From a virus: a DNA stretch of 64,000 bases. The notes beneath the pieces were generated by a model that was given only the letters and a program-made list of their open reading frames with translations, searched no databases and had not been told where the DNA came from. The position numbers and the translations under genes were made by a program. The number at the start of each line of letters is the position of its first letter. Within the stretch, counting starts at the first letter, position 1. The DNA is taken from positions 1 to 64,000 of the IMG/VR virus record IMGVR_UViG_3300027969_000001; one strand, 5' to 3'. Of the stretch, positions 1 through 11,650 are shown one piece after another.

Positions 1-701
1 CTGGCCCACAGGGTGGAGTTGGAGCAACAGGTTTGACTGGTGCAACTGGCCCACAGGGTGGAGTTGGAGCAACAGGTTTGACTGGTGCAACTGGCCCACA
101 GGGTGGAGTTGGTGCAACAGGCACCGCTGGCACAGATGGCACAAATGGCGGGGTGGGTGCAACCGGCGCAACGGGTCCTGCTGGTTCTTATAACTCGGGC
201 ACTGGTATTGTTGTTTCCTCATTTGAAGCGTATGGCTTGATGTATTACTACAACCCTGGTCCATCTTCAGCAACTGAAGGTATTGTTCGTATTTCAACAG
301 GTGAATTGAAGAAAAACAGCGCTTCTGCAGTTTCTCTTCGTGCTCACAAAGAAGAGATAGTTCCAATAGAAAATGCTATTGAACAATTATCTTTGCTTAA
401 ACCGAGAAACTTTAGATTTAAAGAAGAAATTCTGGTTCCAAATGAGCCATATGATGTCTTTAACAGGCGTACTCAACTCCAGTACGGTTTCGTCATGGAA
501 GAAGTGCAGGAGTCTATTCCTGACTTAGTTATGCATAAATCACCCGACGGCATAGAACATGAAGCAATGTACTGGAAAGAACCAGGAGTGATTGCCCTGA
601 CAGTTAGTGCAGTTCAGGAATTGATAGCAGAAATTGAACTACTTCGCTCTGAGGTTGCATCACTTCACTATCAAGTAAACAAACAAGATAATGTGGGATA
701 A
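1..701 (+). CDS. Collagen-like tail fibre C-terminus with peptidase S74-type intramolecular chaperone (5' truncated by window)
   Basis: GxT/GPQ triplets, then HKEEIVPIENAIEQLSLLKPRNFRFK...YGFVMEEVQESIPDLV and a C-terminal coiled coil, typical of S74 chaperones. Confidence 0.75.
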   Translation, partial: GPQGGVGATGLTGATGPQGGVGATGLTGATGPQGGVGATGTAGTDGTNGGVGATGATGPAGSYNSGTGIVVSSFEAYGLMYYYNPGPSSATEGIVRISTGELKKNSASAVSLRAHKEEIVPIENAIEQLSLLKPRNFRFKEEILVPNEPYDVFNRRTQLQYGFVMEEVQESIPDLVMHKSPDGIEHEAMYWKEPGVIALTVSAVQELIAEIELLRSEVASLHYQVNKQDNVG

Positions 702-708
702 TTGAAAA

Positions 709-1005
709 ATGGACATGATTGCATTCCCTATTAAATTTGATTCCACAGGTTTAAAGAAACTTGCCGATGGAACGAACGACTTTTACTCACAACTATTGAC
801 AATATGTCTCCTTACTGAACCATTGACTCATCCCTTTACTCCATCATTTGGAGTAAATGACCCAACCTTCGGCAATATAGATAAAGGGCTATTTGTACTT
901 AATGCTTCTAGATTTATTCCTGAAGTATCAATTAATGGTTTATCAATTACTGGTAATGATTCAAATACGGGGAAAACTAAGATAAGTTTCTCCTTCACGT
1001 CGTAA
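709..1005 (+). CDS. Baseplate wedge protein (gp25-like)
   Basis: 98 aa; AFPIKF and TEP..HPFTPSFGVNDPTF motifs; directly before J-like gene. Confidence 0.6.
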   Translation: MDMIAFPIKFDSTGLKKLADGTNDFYSQLLTICLLTEPLTHPFTPSFGVNDPTFGNIDKGLFVLNASRFIPEVSINGLSITGNDSNTGKTKISFSFTS

Positions 1006-1017
1006 CAAGAGGACAAA

Positions 1018-2487
1018 ATGCCAGCTGATTTTACAGAATACATAAACCTAACGGTCTTCGACAAGGAACCAGGAGACATCTATAGAGATGCCATAGAGCT
1101 GGCTCGCTTAACCCTTCCTGACTTTAACCTCAGAACAGGGACTCCAGAAGACGCAATATTTCAAGCAATGTCCTACATCAGCGCTCACAACATTGCATCC
1201 ATAAATAGACTCCCAAATAGATTAATGTCTGGGATAGTTTCGCTAATGGGGTATCAGAGACAAGAAGCCGTACCTGCCGAAATAGACGTAATCATTTATC
1301 TTGATACGTACGATGGAGCCGTAATCCCATACGGAACAACTTTTACGTATGACACAATATTTGAAGACGAGGTTGTGCAATATGCTTTCTGGACAACCGA
1401 AGCAGTAGAGATAGCATCAGTTGACCCGGAAACAGCATTGGATTACCCGTCCGCACAAGTGACACTCACATGTTTAGAGGCTGGAATCATCCCACCAATC
1501 GATGACAACGTTGACTTCACTATCATTTCATCCGGAACACCAATTCAGGCATGCGTGACGGCGTCACCAAACAACTTTGCCAACGGCATAAACGCAGACA
1601 CTGACGAGGACTATCTGTCACGAGCTTCTACCTATATTCGTTCTACGACCCAGGCACTAGTTAAGGCTTCTCAAATTGAGGCATATATTCTTACTGCGTA
1701 TCCAGATGTCGTAAGTAGATGTAAAGTTTACGACCTCACTAATGGCGATGACATATCTGGGGAAATAGGGGTATATCGCTCTCAGGATATAGCGTCAGTA
1801 AGTATAACTTCAGATGTGGCTACAGTGGTTCTTGAAACCGAAAGCACTTTTGTTGTTGGAGATAAAATAACCGTTTCTATAGTCGATGCGACCCCAGCTG
1901 GAATATTCAACGGGGAGTACACAGTAACCTACTCATCCGGGTCAACCGTTCGGTTTGCTCTTGTACATGGAAATGTATCGTCTACTCCTGTAACTTCTGG
2001 AACGGTTCATATTGGAGATGACGTTTCTGGATACGTAACAATCTTTGCTTACGGTTTTAATACGTATCTTAACTTTCTTGAAAAATCAAGCATCATTACT
2101 GACGTAAGAAATAAAGCGGTTGCAGGGCTTTCTTTCGAGATACTCGACCCAACACTTGTTAGTTTTGATATATCTGGAGAGATAGCTGTTTATTCTAATT
2201 ACATTTCTACAGACGTACAGACATCTATTGAAAATGCCCTTATTGACTACCTAAGCCCAACTTCTTTCCCGTATACATCAGACAGAGTTAGAAATAGCCA
2301 GATAGTTTCAATTATTAGTCAAATACCTGGAGTTGCGTATGTTTCTAATATTGATTTTTCTAACTATTTAGCGGCTCTTGACTGGATTACCACGACTGAT
2401 GCTGATGGAAGATTTAAGAACAAAGGAACGCTTCCAAATATAAACGTTGGAAACATAGACCTTACATACGTGACGATAGATGCGTAA
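1018..2487 (+). CDS. Baseplate J-like protein
   Basis: NGINADTDEDYLSR motif, C-terminal ISQIPGVAYV, gene order. Confidence 0.75.
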   Translation: MPADFTEYINLTVFDKEPGDIYRDAIELARLTLPDFNLRTGTPEDAIFQAMSYISAHNIASINRLPNRLMSGIVSLMGYQRQEAVPAEIDVIIYLDTYDGAVIPYGTTFTYDTIFEDEVVQYAFWTTEAVEIASVDPETALDYPSAQVTLTCLEAGIIPPIDDNVDFTIISSGTPIQACVTASPNNFANGINADTDEDYLSRASTYIRSTTQALVKASQIEAYILTAYPDVVSRCKVYDLTNGDDISGEIGVYRSQDIASVSITSDVATVVLETESTFVVGDKITVSIVDATPAGIFNGEYTVTYSSGSTVRFALVHGNVSSTPVTSGTVHIGDDVSGYVTIFAYGFNTYLNFLEKSSIITDVRNKAVAGLSFEILDPTLVSFDISGEIAVYSNYISTDVQTSIENALIDYLSPTSFPYTSDRVRNSQIVSIISQIPGVAYVSNIDFSNYLAALDWITTTDADGRFKNKGTLPNINVGNIDLTYVTIDA

Positions 2488-2489
2488 CT

Positions 2490-3704
2490 ATGCCAACTAC
2501 ACGAAATTTACTTTCTAGAACCAATTCACTTCTTGTTACGGACGAAAATGGGAGAGCATTACCTATTTCCGGATATGCCCATGACTGGGAATTAGAACCA
2601 GGCAACGGAACTTTTTCCCTTATATCTACTGACTATTTAGTTGATTCAAGATATTCATTTAGAATTTCTCCATCAAATACTAACGACATAACAATCAAAC
2701 TTTTGGATGTACCACTAGTACTAAAAGACAATGGGGAGACACTTTCTTTTAATTGCCGTGTTAAATCTTCTTCAGAAGTTACTGTATCTTCTCTCCTGTA
2801 CATTAATTCAGTAACCCCAGCAGACGTAGCTCATAATGAGGTATTTAGTGCCGGCTTGTATAATGGGGCACACTCTAATACTTCTATTGTTCCAGATAAT
2901 CAAGCTTCAAATTTTGCAAATGTAGAAATAACAATATCTGGACATCAAGCAAAAACTCTTTATCTGACCTGTCCTCATTTAATAAACGAGTTAGCATTTT
3001 ATTCAAACCCGTTTGTTCCATCTATACGCCGCTATATGCCGGATTTTTATTTTGAATACGATTCTGTTGCCGAGTTTCCATCTTATCCTCTCTACAGGTT
3101 GGTAGACATACTCACTAGTGCTGCCGGAGATACTCGACTAGAACATGACGCAATGTGGGGTTATGAAAACTACGAAATTCTTATAGCAGAAGGAATGACG
3201 TCTCATTGGGCGCATAGTGTTCTAACTTCGCCACGTTCAATTAGGAACGACTACATACCTTGGGCTTTGCAATTTGTTGGCGCAAATCTAGTTGGGAATA
3301 TACAACTTGCTGATGGGTCATTGTATTTTAACAATACTCAAACAGTTAGAGAGTTTCTCGAATGGCAGCTTGCTGGTGGATACTTTGGAACAAATGCTGG
3401 AACAAGAAGAGCCATAATCCATGCTGTCCAGCAGGTCACTACAAGGACAGTAGACGGAGAAGAGTCGACTCGCTCGGTAGCAGTATCTCCCATCTACAAC
3501 GGGGACCCTTTCGCCCTGCACATACAAACTCTTACAAACGAAACCATAGATGCAGACGCTGGCGAGACAAGCCAAGCAGTTATGACCATAGCCACGCTAG
3601 CTAAACCAGCAGGATTTTTATTGACACACACAACAGTAGACGAATTCTCGTTTACCTTTGACGACCCATCGCTAGGCGTCTTTGATGATTTGACTTGGGG
3701 CTAA
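2490..3704 (+). CDS. Baseplate wedge/tail protein (P2 I-like C-terminus)
   Basis: YIPWALQFVG, GTRRAI, KPAGFLLTH motifs; follows J. Confidence 0.6.
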   Translation: MPTTRNLLSRTNSLLVTDENGRALPISGYAHDWELEPGNGTFSLISTDYLVDSRYSFRISPSNTNDITIKLLDVPLVLKDNGETLSFNCRVKSSSEVTVSSLLYINSVTPADVAHNEVFSAGLYNGAHSNTSIVPDNQASNFANVEITISGHQAKTLYLTCPHLINELAFYSNPFVPSIRRYMPDFYFEYDSVAEFPSYPLYRLVDILTSAAGDTRLEHDAMWGYENYEILIAEGMTSHWAHSVLTSPRSIRNDYIPWALQFVGANLVGNIQLADGSLYFNNTQTVREFLEWQLAGGYFGTNAGTRRAIIHAVQQVTTRTVDGEESTRSVAVSPIYNGDPFALHIQTLTNETIDADAGETSQAVMTIATLAKPAGFLLTHTTVDEFSFTFDDPSLGVFDDLTWG

Positions 3705-3745
3705 AATGATAAACTTTTTCAACAGGAACGCAGGAGAATAGCAAA

Positions 3746-4846
3746 ATGGCTGGAACACGATTATTTCTTTCAGGAGAAATTGCTTACGCAACAGATGTAA
3801 ATAACTTCCTTATGGACCAGGTTATTGCTCGCTTCACGAACGTTGCCCAAAGAGACCTTGCCTTTGGCGATGGAATAGCAATAGCTCTCGGCGGAGACGG
3901 TAAACCACTATTGACGACTGGACAATTTTGCTACCTTATTGATAGAGGTGACGGGTTCGGAGAGGTTCAATACTGGGACGGAGATAGCTGGGTTTCTTCT
4001 TCTCAATTTACTATCGCTGATGGAGTCATAATTGAATCAAAGATAGCAACTGGAGCAGTAACTAGCACCAAAATTGCACCTAACTCTATTAATTCTTCCC
4101 ATATTGCTCCAGGTACCGTAATAACTTCAGATATTGATGATGGGCAAATCACAGAAGCAAAGATTGCCGATTCTGCTGTTACTAGTGCAAAAATAGCAAA
4201 TGGGGCAATTGTTAATGCCGACATAAACGCTTCAGCAGCAATTGCCTTAACAAAACTTTCAGGAACTGCGGCCAACCTACGTACAGCGCTTGGCAGCGAA
4301 TCAACGGGTACTGGTAATGCAGTTTTTGCGACAAGTCCAACACTGGCGACCCCAACACTCGGCGTAGCTTCGGCAACATCGGTAAACAAATTAGCCATAA
4401 CTGCTCCCAGTACTGGAGCGACCCTAACTCTTGCTGATGGGTCTACGTTTCAGATTACGGGAGCCTTCTCGGTCAACTTGACTGCTACCGCAGGAACTTC
4501 GGTAACGCTTCCAACATCTGGAACTCTTGCAACCCTTGCCGGCGGCGAGACACTAACCAACAAGACCATAGCTTCACCGACTATTTCTGGTCTTTACCTT
4601 TCGGACTCAAGTATTACGTTTGAAGGCTCTTCTGCAGACGCATACGAAACAACAATAAGCGTAGTTGACCCAACCGCAGACAGAACAATCACTGTTCCAA
4701 ACGTAACTGGAACAATAGTTACAACAGGAGATTCTGGAACAGTTTCTAACACAATGCTTAGTTACACAACAGTCCCTCAGCAAACAGTTTCTACAAGTGC
4801 CCCATCAGGCGGTAAACAACACGACATTTGGATAAAGGTCGCATAA
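3746..4846 (+). CDS. Tail fibre protein
   Basis: Repeated IADGAVTSAK-like units; ETLTNKTI and PTADRTITVPN fibre motifs. Confidence 0.7.
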   Translation: MAGTRLFLSGEIAYATDVNNFLMDQVIARFTNVAQRDLAFGDGIAIALGGDGKPLLTTGQFCYLIDRGDGFGEVQYWDGDSWVSSSQFTIADGVIIESKIATGAVTSTKIAPNSINSSHIAPGTVITSDIDDGQITEAKIADSAVTSAKIANGAIVNADINASAAIALTKLSGTAANLRTALGSESTGTGNAVFATSPTLATPTLGVASATSVNKLAITAPSTGATLTLADGSTFQITGAFSVNLTATAGTSVTLPTSGTLATLAGGETLTNKTIASPTISGLYLSDSSITFEGSSADAYETTISVVDPTADRTITVPNVTGTIVTTGDSGTVSNTMLSYTTVPQQTVSTSAPSGGKQHDIWIKVA

Positions 4847-4849
4847 AAA

Positions 4850-5920
4850 ATGCCAAACGTCGGTTCTAATGAATTCAAGGCTGCTAAAGGGGCGAACGAC
4901 TTCGTCTCGGGTATTCCTTTGGGTAAAAACGGAACTAGCGGTGGCCCCAATAATGACGGTTGGAAGTACGGGATAGCAGTTTATGCTCATAACGGAACAG
5001 ATTGGGTTGAGGTATGGAACGCCAGACCGCAGATGGTTTCATCCACTATTACTCAGACAAGCGCAACCGAATTAAGTTTTACTGGAACGGCTGACCCTAA
5101 TAATTTTTTAACAACGGCTTCTTTTGAATTACGTATAGTCGGCGGAAGTTATGTACCTAGCACCACAACAACTACTGGACTCGGTAACAACATAGACGGA
5201 GCAGTAGGTTACGCAGTAACATACACAGACAACGAAGACGGTACTTATCAGAATTGGGAAGCGCGAGCCAAAGGCGTCAATACAGCAGGAACGGACTACG
5301 GTTCAGTAATCGCTCTTGACTGCCGTCAAAACCAATTTGCATATACGAACGGAGCAGAGTACTCAACCGGTGGCGACTGCGCCACAAAGCGCATTGCTTC
5401 CGACAGAACGTATACAAAAACAGGATGTTTTACATATACGGTTGCTGGAGCGAACTACGACAATGCGGATAATAAATGCCCCGACAAAGCGTACCCATGC
5501 TACGAAGCAGGCGTTTTTCATGAAAACACAGAAAACCCATGCGGTACTTGTGGCTACTATACAAGTAGTTACACTTCATATTCTGCAAGGGCGGTAACCG
5601 GTCCATGTTCTGATGTAAGCGTCACAAACGCCAACGGAGAATGTAGAGACCTTGACGCAAGAGTTCGTATTTACTCAGAAGCGTTTCAGATTGGACACGG
5701 AATAGAGGGAAACCTGTACTGGCATGGATACAACCCTGATACTGGCGTAAACATACTTGCATGGGTTGGACCAAAGAATACCGATGGGTGCGGATTTTTT
5801 GAATTACCGATGTATAAAGTTTGGTACTGTGGAACAGACGTAGATGGAATTAACTCCGAACGACCTTACTGGATTGAGAAGTTCGCATGTCAAAGTCAAT
5901 TCACTAACTACCCAGAGTGA
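4850..5920 (+). CDS. Virion-associated protein with Ig/FN3-like middle and Cys-rich C-terminus
   Basis: HNGTDWVEVW N-terminal fibre motif; many Cys in distal half. Confidence 0.45.
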   Translation: MPNVGSNEFKAAKGANDFVSGIPLGKNGTSGGPNNDGWKYGIAVYAHNGTDWVEVWNARPQMVSSTITQTSATELSFTGTADPNNFLTTASFELRIVGGSYVPSTTTTTGLGNNIDGAVGYAVTYTDNEDGTYQNWEARAKGVNTAGTDYGSVIALDCRQNQFAYTNGAEYSTGGDCATKRIASDRTYTKTGCFTYTVAGANYDNADNKCPDKAYPCYEAGVFHENTENPCGTCGYYTSSYTSYSARAVTGPCSDVSVTNANGECRDLDARVRIYSEAFQIGHGIEGNLYWHGYNPDTGVNILAWVGPKNTDGCGFFELPMYKVWYCGTDVDGINSERPYWIEKFACQSQFTNYPE

Positions 5921-5926
5921 GTTTTA

Positions 5927-6121
5927 TTACTTAAACTCAATCCCATCCCAGGTTAAACCTTCTTGTATTGGTTCTTCTACTGGAATAAAAGTTGGATTAC
6001 TTGAAAATATGGCTACCCATTTCTCATCTTCTTCTTTAAAACAGTAATTACCAGCAACTTCGCCATCTACAACTGCAGCAAAACACTGCATTTTAACTTC
6101 TCGCAGAATTTGCTCACTCAT
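5927..6121 (-). CDS. Hypothetical protein
   Basis: 64 aa ORF coupled to the upstream gene. Confidence 0.55.
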   Translation of the reverse strand: MSEQILREVKMQCFAAVVDGEVAGNYCFKEEDEKWVAIFSSNPTFIPVEEPIQEGLTWDGIEFK

Positions 6122-6849
6122 ATTTTGTCAAGAACTTCGTCAAAAGACATTTTAGTATTATTTTCAACTACTGAGACAACCCATTTTTTCATAGCTGTAG
6201 ACATCTCTGGGAAATCTTCTACTAAGTCTCGATGTGATTTATCGCCCCGTAAAAAACGAACAAGATGCATATCTGGGTATGATTTTATTTCATCCATTAT
6301 TTTTTTTGGTGGCTGCAAGAAGTCAAAAACCCTCTTACACAATACCGAAAAAGCGTGAGTTGAGTTAAATGGCTCGTCTACAAGAAGCGACCATTCGTGC
6401 ATAACCTTAAGTAATTCTCCAAATGTTCGTCCTACTTTTAAAACTTCACTCCAGGAACCTTTTTCTAATTCGGGTTTTGCAAATTCAGTAAAACAAAACC
6501 CAAAAACACCAGGAACATGGGAAAATCCATAAATGTGCTTAATGTGACCAGGTCCAAATATCTCGTCTGTATAAGGGATGTTTTTTCCAAACATTAGACC
6601 GTCGATTTCACTTTCATCAAAGTCGGTCCATTTTTTTATGCCATATGTCAAATTGTCGCATCTACCAATATTTGCAACATTGACACCTTCAACAATAAGA
6701 ACGCTGTCCATCAAGTGAAAAAACCCCGTATTAATGCTATCGGGGACTCTAAGTAGTAGGTCTTTTTGTATTGCTGAATCAATACCAACGGTCTCAGGAC
6801 GAATAGTTACGTCAATGCCTGGTCGTACTTCGATTGGGTTGTCGCTCAT
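6118..6849 (-). CDS. Hypothetical protein
   Basis: 243 aa ORF with 4-bp overlaps on both sides. Confidence 0.6.
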   Translation of the reverse strand: MSDNPIEVRPGIDVTIRPETVGIDSAIQKDLLLRVPDSINTGFFHLMDSVLIVEGVNVANIGRCDNLTYGIKKWTDFDESEIDGLMFGKNIPYTDEIFGPGHIKHIYGFSHVPGVFGFCFTEFAKPELEKGSWSEVLKVGRTFGELLKVMHEWSLLVDEPFNSTHAFSVLCKRVFDFLQPPKKIMDEIKSYPDMHLVRFLRGDKSHRDLVEDFPEMSTAMKKWVVSVVENNTKMSFDEVLDKI

Positions 6850-7091
6850 TTTATTTCCTCAATCTTTAGGTCTATTTTTTTTAAATTATCAAAGGAATTA
6901 ATTATCATCATTTTTTTTGTGTAGCCATATGACGGTATTTCCAACGAGCCCCTCAGTGTCTCGATACTCTCATCACTATAGGAAAGCCCCACCTCTTTAC
7001 ACAAAGAAGAGACGTATGCGTCAGTCAAATCTCTCAATGCTGTAAGTGATTCCAGTTTATCTTCATGTGTCAAGAACTGTTCAATTCCCAT
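6846..7091 (-). CDS. Hypothetical protein
   Basis: 81 aa ORF with GAGG RBS. Confidence 0.55.
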   Translation of the reverse strand: MGIEQFLTHEDKLESLTALRDLTDAYVSSLCKEVGLSYSDESIETLRGSLEIPSYGYTKKMMIINSFDNLKKIDLKIEEIK

Positions 7092-7147
7092 TTTTTACCT
7101 CGGTCTTTAGATACACAGTTTACAGTTTATTACGCTAATATATCGAC

Positions 7148-7393
7148 ATGACATCGCCTTGGCAAGAATGGAAAAAGAAGAACCTAGAACGGCAGGAGAC
7201 TGGAGTCGTCCGTCCATGGGACATGCTTAACCCTGAGACCGAGTACGTAGACGAAGAAGTACAGAAATCTCGCTATGACCTGTGCGAAGGCTGCGAGCAC
7301 CTTATGGCCACAAAACAGTGCTCTCAGTGTGGATGTATGATGCCTATTAAAACAAAGCTTTTACACGCAAAATGCCCTGTAGGCAAGTGGTAA
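7148..7393 (+). CDS. Small Cys-rich protein (DUF6171-like)
   Basis: R..C..CEH..QC..CGC.M..K....A.CP..KW pattern. Confidence 0.6.
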   Translation: MTSPWQEWKKKNLERQETGVVRPWDMLNPETEYVDEEVQKSRYDLCEGCEHLMATKQCSQCGCMMPIKTKLLHAKCPVGKW

Positions 7394-7614
7394 TGAGTAA
7401 AAGAACTCGTGGGAAGAACCAGGAAGTCAGTCCTGTAGACTTCCTCAACCTAGACACCGAATATGCGGATAAATCACTACAAGATTCGCGTTACAAAACG
7501 TGTACAGACTGCGAACACTTTAGGAAACTAACCAAACAATGTAAGCTGTGCGGTTGCTTCATGCACTTAAAGGTGAAACTACTCCAGGCTGAATGCCCAA
7601 TAGATAAGTGGTGA
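7393..7614 (+). CDS. Small Cys-rich protein (DUF6171-like), tandem paralogue
   Basis: Same pattern; start moved to ATG 7393 overlapping the upstream TAA. Confidence 0.6.
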   Translation: MSKRTRGKNQEVSPVDFLNLDTEYADKSLQDSRYKTCTDCEHFRKLTKQCKLCGCFMHLKVKLLQAECPIDKW

Positions 7615-7615
7615 G

Positions 7616-8674
7616 CTAAGAAAGCTCGTAGAAACCCTTGCCCCACAAGCCCTGAAGGCGGGTGAAGTACTTTTCGTACATGAGCCCAACAGTGTCTAAT
7701 CCGTAGCGGCCTTTTGAGTACTTACTGATTGCGGCCCTATCCAGGCTCTTTACCTGCTCAGTTGCGTCAGCGAACTCCTGCATTGTGTGACACCGGAATC
7801 CGGTCACTCCATCAATCACCGTTTCGGTGAAGGCACCCCAGTCGGTCGAGATAATTGGGGACCCGCAGGCCATGGCTTCGATGGCTACTGTCCCAAAAGG
7901 TTCAACGTAAATAGTTGGAGTAAAAGTAGCAATTGCGCCACCCATGAGCTTGGCTCGCTCTTCCGTTCCTACAACGCCCACATACTCGCCATAGTCGGGC
8001 GCAGAACCCTGTCCAGCGACCACCAGACGCTTTCCTAGCGCCTTACAGACATCTACTGCTATCTGATAGCCCTTGCGCTCAATAAGCCGTCCTATGAAGA
8101 GATAGTAGTCGTCTGGTTCTTCTTGTAAAGGGAAATCCTGAATATCAATATAACTTGGGATTACCGTGTCATAAAACTTGCCGTCAAGGGCGTGGGGGTC
8201 CGTAACTTTGGACCCGTAGCAGGAATGCATCCATGCGTAGGACTCAAAGACCTTGAAGTTGGCAAACGAGCCACCATACCCAATTCCAAACTCCACGCTC
8301 AGTTCGTCAGGGAAAGCGTCAGCGATTGGTTTGGAGGCATAACCAGCGATAAGGCAAATAAAGTCTTTGTGCTCTAGGCGCTCTTGAATGCCTTTGATTA
8401 CATTGCTATTGAATTCAACCCAATGGGGAAGGTTCCAGTCAAAGGACGCAGCCGAGTAATGATTGGGTCCGACAGCCGCTAGACGCTGTTCTTCGGTAAT
8501 ACAGGTGATGTGCTCATCGCAGGGGGCTTCGTTGAACTCGCCACCGTACAGAAATACGGTATGACCGAGGTCTTTCATCATGATGCAGAACTTACGGACT
8601 TTCTCCGTGTAGGCACAAGCCGTAAAGTCTTCAGTGGTGTTGGTGTGAGGGAGGGAAACTACATGAAATCTCAT
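7616..8674 (-). CDS. Glycosyltransferase, GT-B fold (GT4-like)
   Basis: FIGRLIERKG and EPFGTVAIEAMACGSPIISTDWG motifs. Confidence 0.9.
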   Translation of the reverse strand: MRFHVVSLPHTNTTEDFTACAYTEKVRKFCIMMKDLGHTVFLYGGEFNEAPCDEHITCITEEQRLAAVGPNHYSAASFDWNLPHWVEFNSNVIKGIQERLEHKDFICLIAGYASKPIADAFPDELSVEFGIGYGGSFANFKVFESYAWMHSCYGSKVTDPHALDGKFYDTVIPSYIDIQDFPLQEEPDDYYLFIGRLIERKGYQIAVDVCKALGKRLVVAGQGSAPDYGEYVGVVGTEERAKLMGGAIATFTPTIYVEPFGTVAIEAMACGSPIISTDWGAFTETVIDGVTGFRCHTMQEFADATEQVKSLDRAAISKYSKGRYGLDTVGLMYEKYFTRLQGLWGKGFYELS

Positions 8675-8696
8675 ACCGAGATGCTAGCAGGCAGTC

Positions 8697-8851
8697 CTAC
8701 TCAGGGTTCCATTCTTCAGCGGTGTTACCTTCAGCAACCCACGCAAGATACGCCTGATAATCCGTGTTTGCTTCATCCATAGGAATCCAAGATTTGGTTT
8801 CTTTATGAAAAATTGTTATTCCGAAAAGTTCTGATTCTAAAATTGAGTAAC

Positions 8852-8855
<4 letters not shown>
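8697..8855 (-). CDS. Small tail-fibre chaperone-like protein (52 aa, not in ORF track)
   Basis: Translates as MSYSILES...[30 protein letters not shown]; ATGA overlap with upstream fibre gene. Confidence 0.65.
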
Positions 8856-10240
<1,385 letters not shown>

Positions 10241-10338
10241 ATGCCACCATTTTACACCATGTTCGCATTGAGATTTTCTTCGACTCGGGTAATGATTTTC
10301 CTAAATCCGAGGGGGTTTTGTTTCTAAATCCGAGGGGA

Positions 10339-10632
10339 TTAGAACCACCAAAAGTGTTTAATAATAGAAAGACTGGCCAAAACGACCCACGCCACGTTGA
10401 AAAGAATGATTGTAGGAAGCGTCTTCTTTGTGGATGTCCAAATCAGGCTCACACTAGAGATAATTGCAAAAATATAAAGCCACCAGAACTGCTTATCAAA
10501 AAGCAAGCCAGGGAAAATAATAGCAATCTTGGTCGCAAATCCCCATGCTTCTACAGTGTTGACTTTTGTCCAATAGTCCTTGGATGACATTGTTTTGACA
10601 GATGCAATAATCTTGTTAAAAAACATGGGCAA
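10339..10632 (-). CDS. Small membrane protein
   Basis: Three hydrophobic stretches. Confidence 0.55.
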   Translation of the reverse strand: MPMFFNKIIASVKTMSSKDYWTKVNTVEAWGFATKIAIIFPGLLFDKQFWWLYIFAIISSVSLIWTSTKKTLPTIILFNVAWVVLASLSIIKHFWWF

Positions 10633-10748
10633 AATTTATCATGCCCATCAGCATTTTGCAAGAGCTAAGCAAGGTCCTCTGGGGCAGTAAACTCGGCCCC
10701 ATTGCGTCCCATGGGTTACATTTTACTACATAAGCCGTTGAGTACTGT

Positions 10749-10901
10749 TTATTTATTATTACGTTCTTTAGAGTCTTGAAAGATTTTTTTTGCCGTGTCT
10801 ATATCTCTATTTAGGTGATGATTGGCAAACTGTTCCAAAATAGCTAACTCTATGAGGTCTTTTTCGTTATAAATAGTTGTATTGATTATTTTTTCGGCCA
10901 T
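10749..10901 (-). CDS. Hypothetical protein (50 aa, not in ORF track)
   Basis: MAEKIINTTIYNEKDLIELAILEQFANHHLNRD... overlapping end of upstream gene. Confidence 0.35.
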   Translation of the reverse strand: MAEKIINTTIYNEKDLIELAILEQFANHHLNRDIDTAKKIFQDSKERNNK

Positions 10902-11650
10902 CTTATTTTCTTTTCTTTTTCAATAGCCTTATCTACCCTGGTCCGCTCTCTCCTATAAGGGGCGGCAGTTCCGTCATGTGGCGCTATGTGCCCCATGCCA
11001 AAACCGGTTGTTGCAACATATTTGAAATACGACTCATCATTAAAGACAATTTCTGAAAAATCAGAATCACGTTTAAAAGGTACCAATTGAGCAATTGGCG
11101 TTCCGACCTTGATTGCAAAAGCCGCATCTCCAGTTATGTTAAGAACGATGTTAGCAAGATGATAATAGTCAGTATTTACTATTGCTGGAATAACGGTAAA
11201 GTTAGCATTGGGCTCCCAATGTAACGGCAACACAAGTGTCGACCATCCCGGAGCTGTTTCAAATCGCCATGGATTTACAAGTTTTGGATATTGTCCAGTC
11301 TCGATGTCTCTCATGTCTGTCATGGGGCAAGAGCCAGTTGATTCATAAGAAAAACCCTGAACACTGCTTATGCCTGCAGGAGGGCTAAAGTCGTCTCCAC
11401 CAGTTTCCCATGCTCCATGACCATCAGGCCTGAATCTATAGTTTGTCCAAAGTGGAAGCGTTACGCCAGCAGCAAGATAATCAATAGTTCCAGCACAACG
11501 CCGAAGCGAGCCTTGATGTTTCCCTATTCGCCTAAACCACGAAGGTTGATTAATAATCTCATTAATAAATGGGGCAAACTCCATCAATCTATTATCGGTC
11601 GGCGTAAATCTAATTTGTCCAGGTTTTACTGCAGGGAGTTTGTGACTCAT
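10886..11650 (-). CDS. Hypothetical beta-rich protein (DUF6065/dUTPase-like fold possible)
   Basis: KLVNPWRFETAPGWS, IPAIVNTDYYH, IKVGTPIAQLVPFKR motifs. Confidence 0.5.
   Translation of the reverse strand: MSHKLPAVKPGQIRFTPTDNRLMEFAPFINEIINQPSWFRRIGKHQGSLRRCAGTIDYLAAGVTLPLWTNYRFRPDGHGAWETGGDDFSPPAGISSVQGFSYESTGSCPMTDMRDIETGQYPKLVNPWRFETAPGWSTLVLPLHWEPNANFTVIPAIVNTDYYHLANIVLNITGDAAFAIKVGTPIAQLVPFKRDSDFSEIVFNDESYFKYVATTGFGMGHIAPHDGTAAPYRRERTRVDKAIEKEKKIRWPKK

Noticed and set aside
7599-7610. Isolated motif A match
   Set aside because: Encodes the family-type CP-x-x-KW ending and lies far from all other copies; probably chance.
10301-10337. Direct repeat CTAAATCCGAGGGG x2
   Set aside because: Only two copies; possibly an insertion scar beside the membrane gene, but no further evidence.
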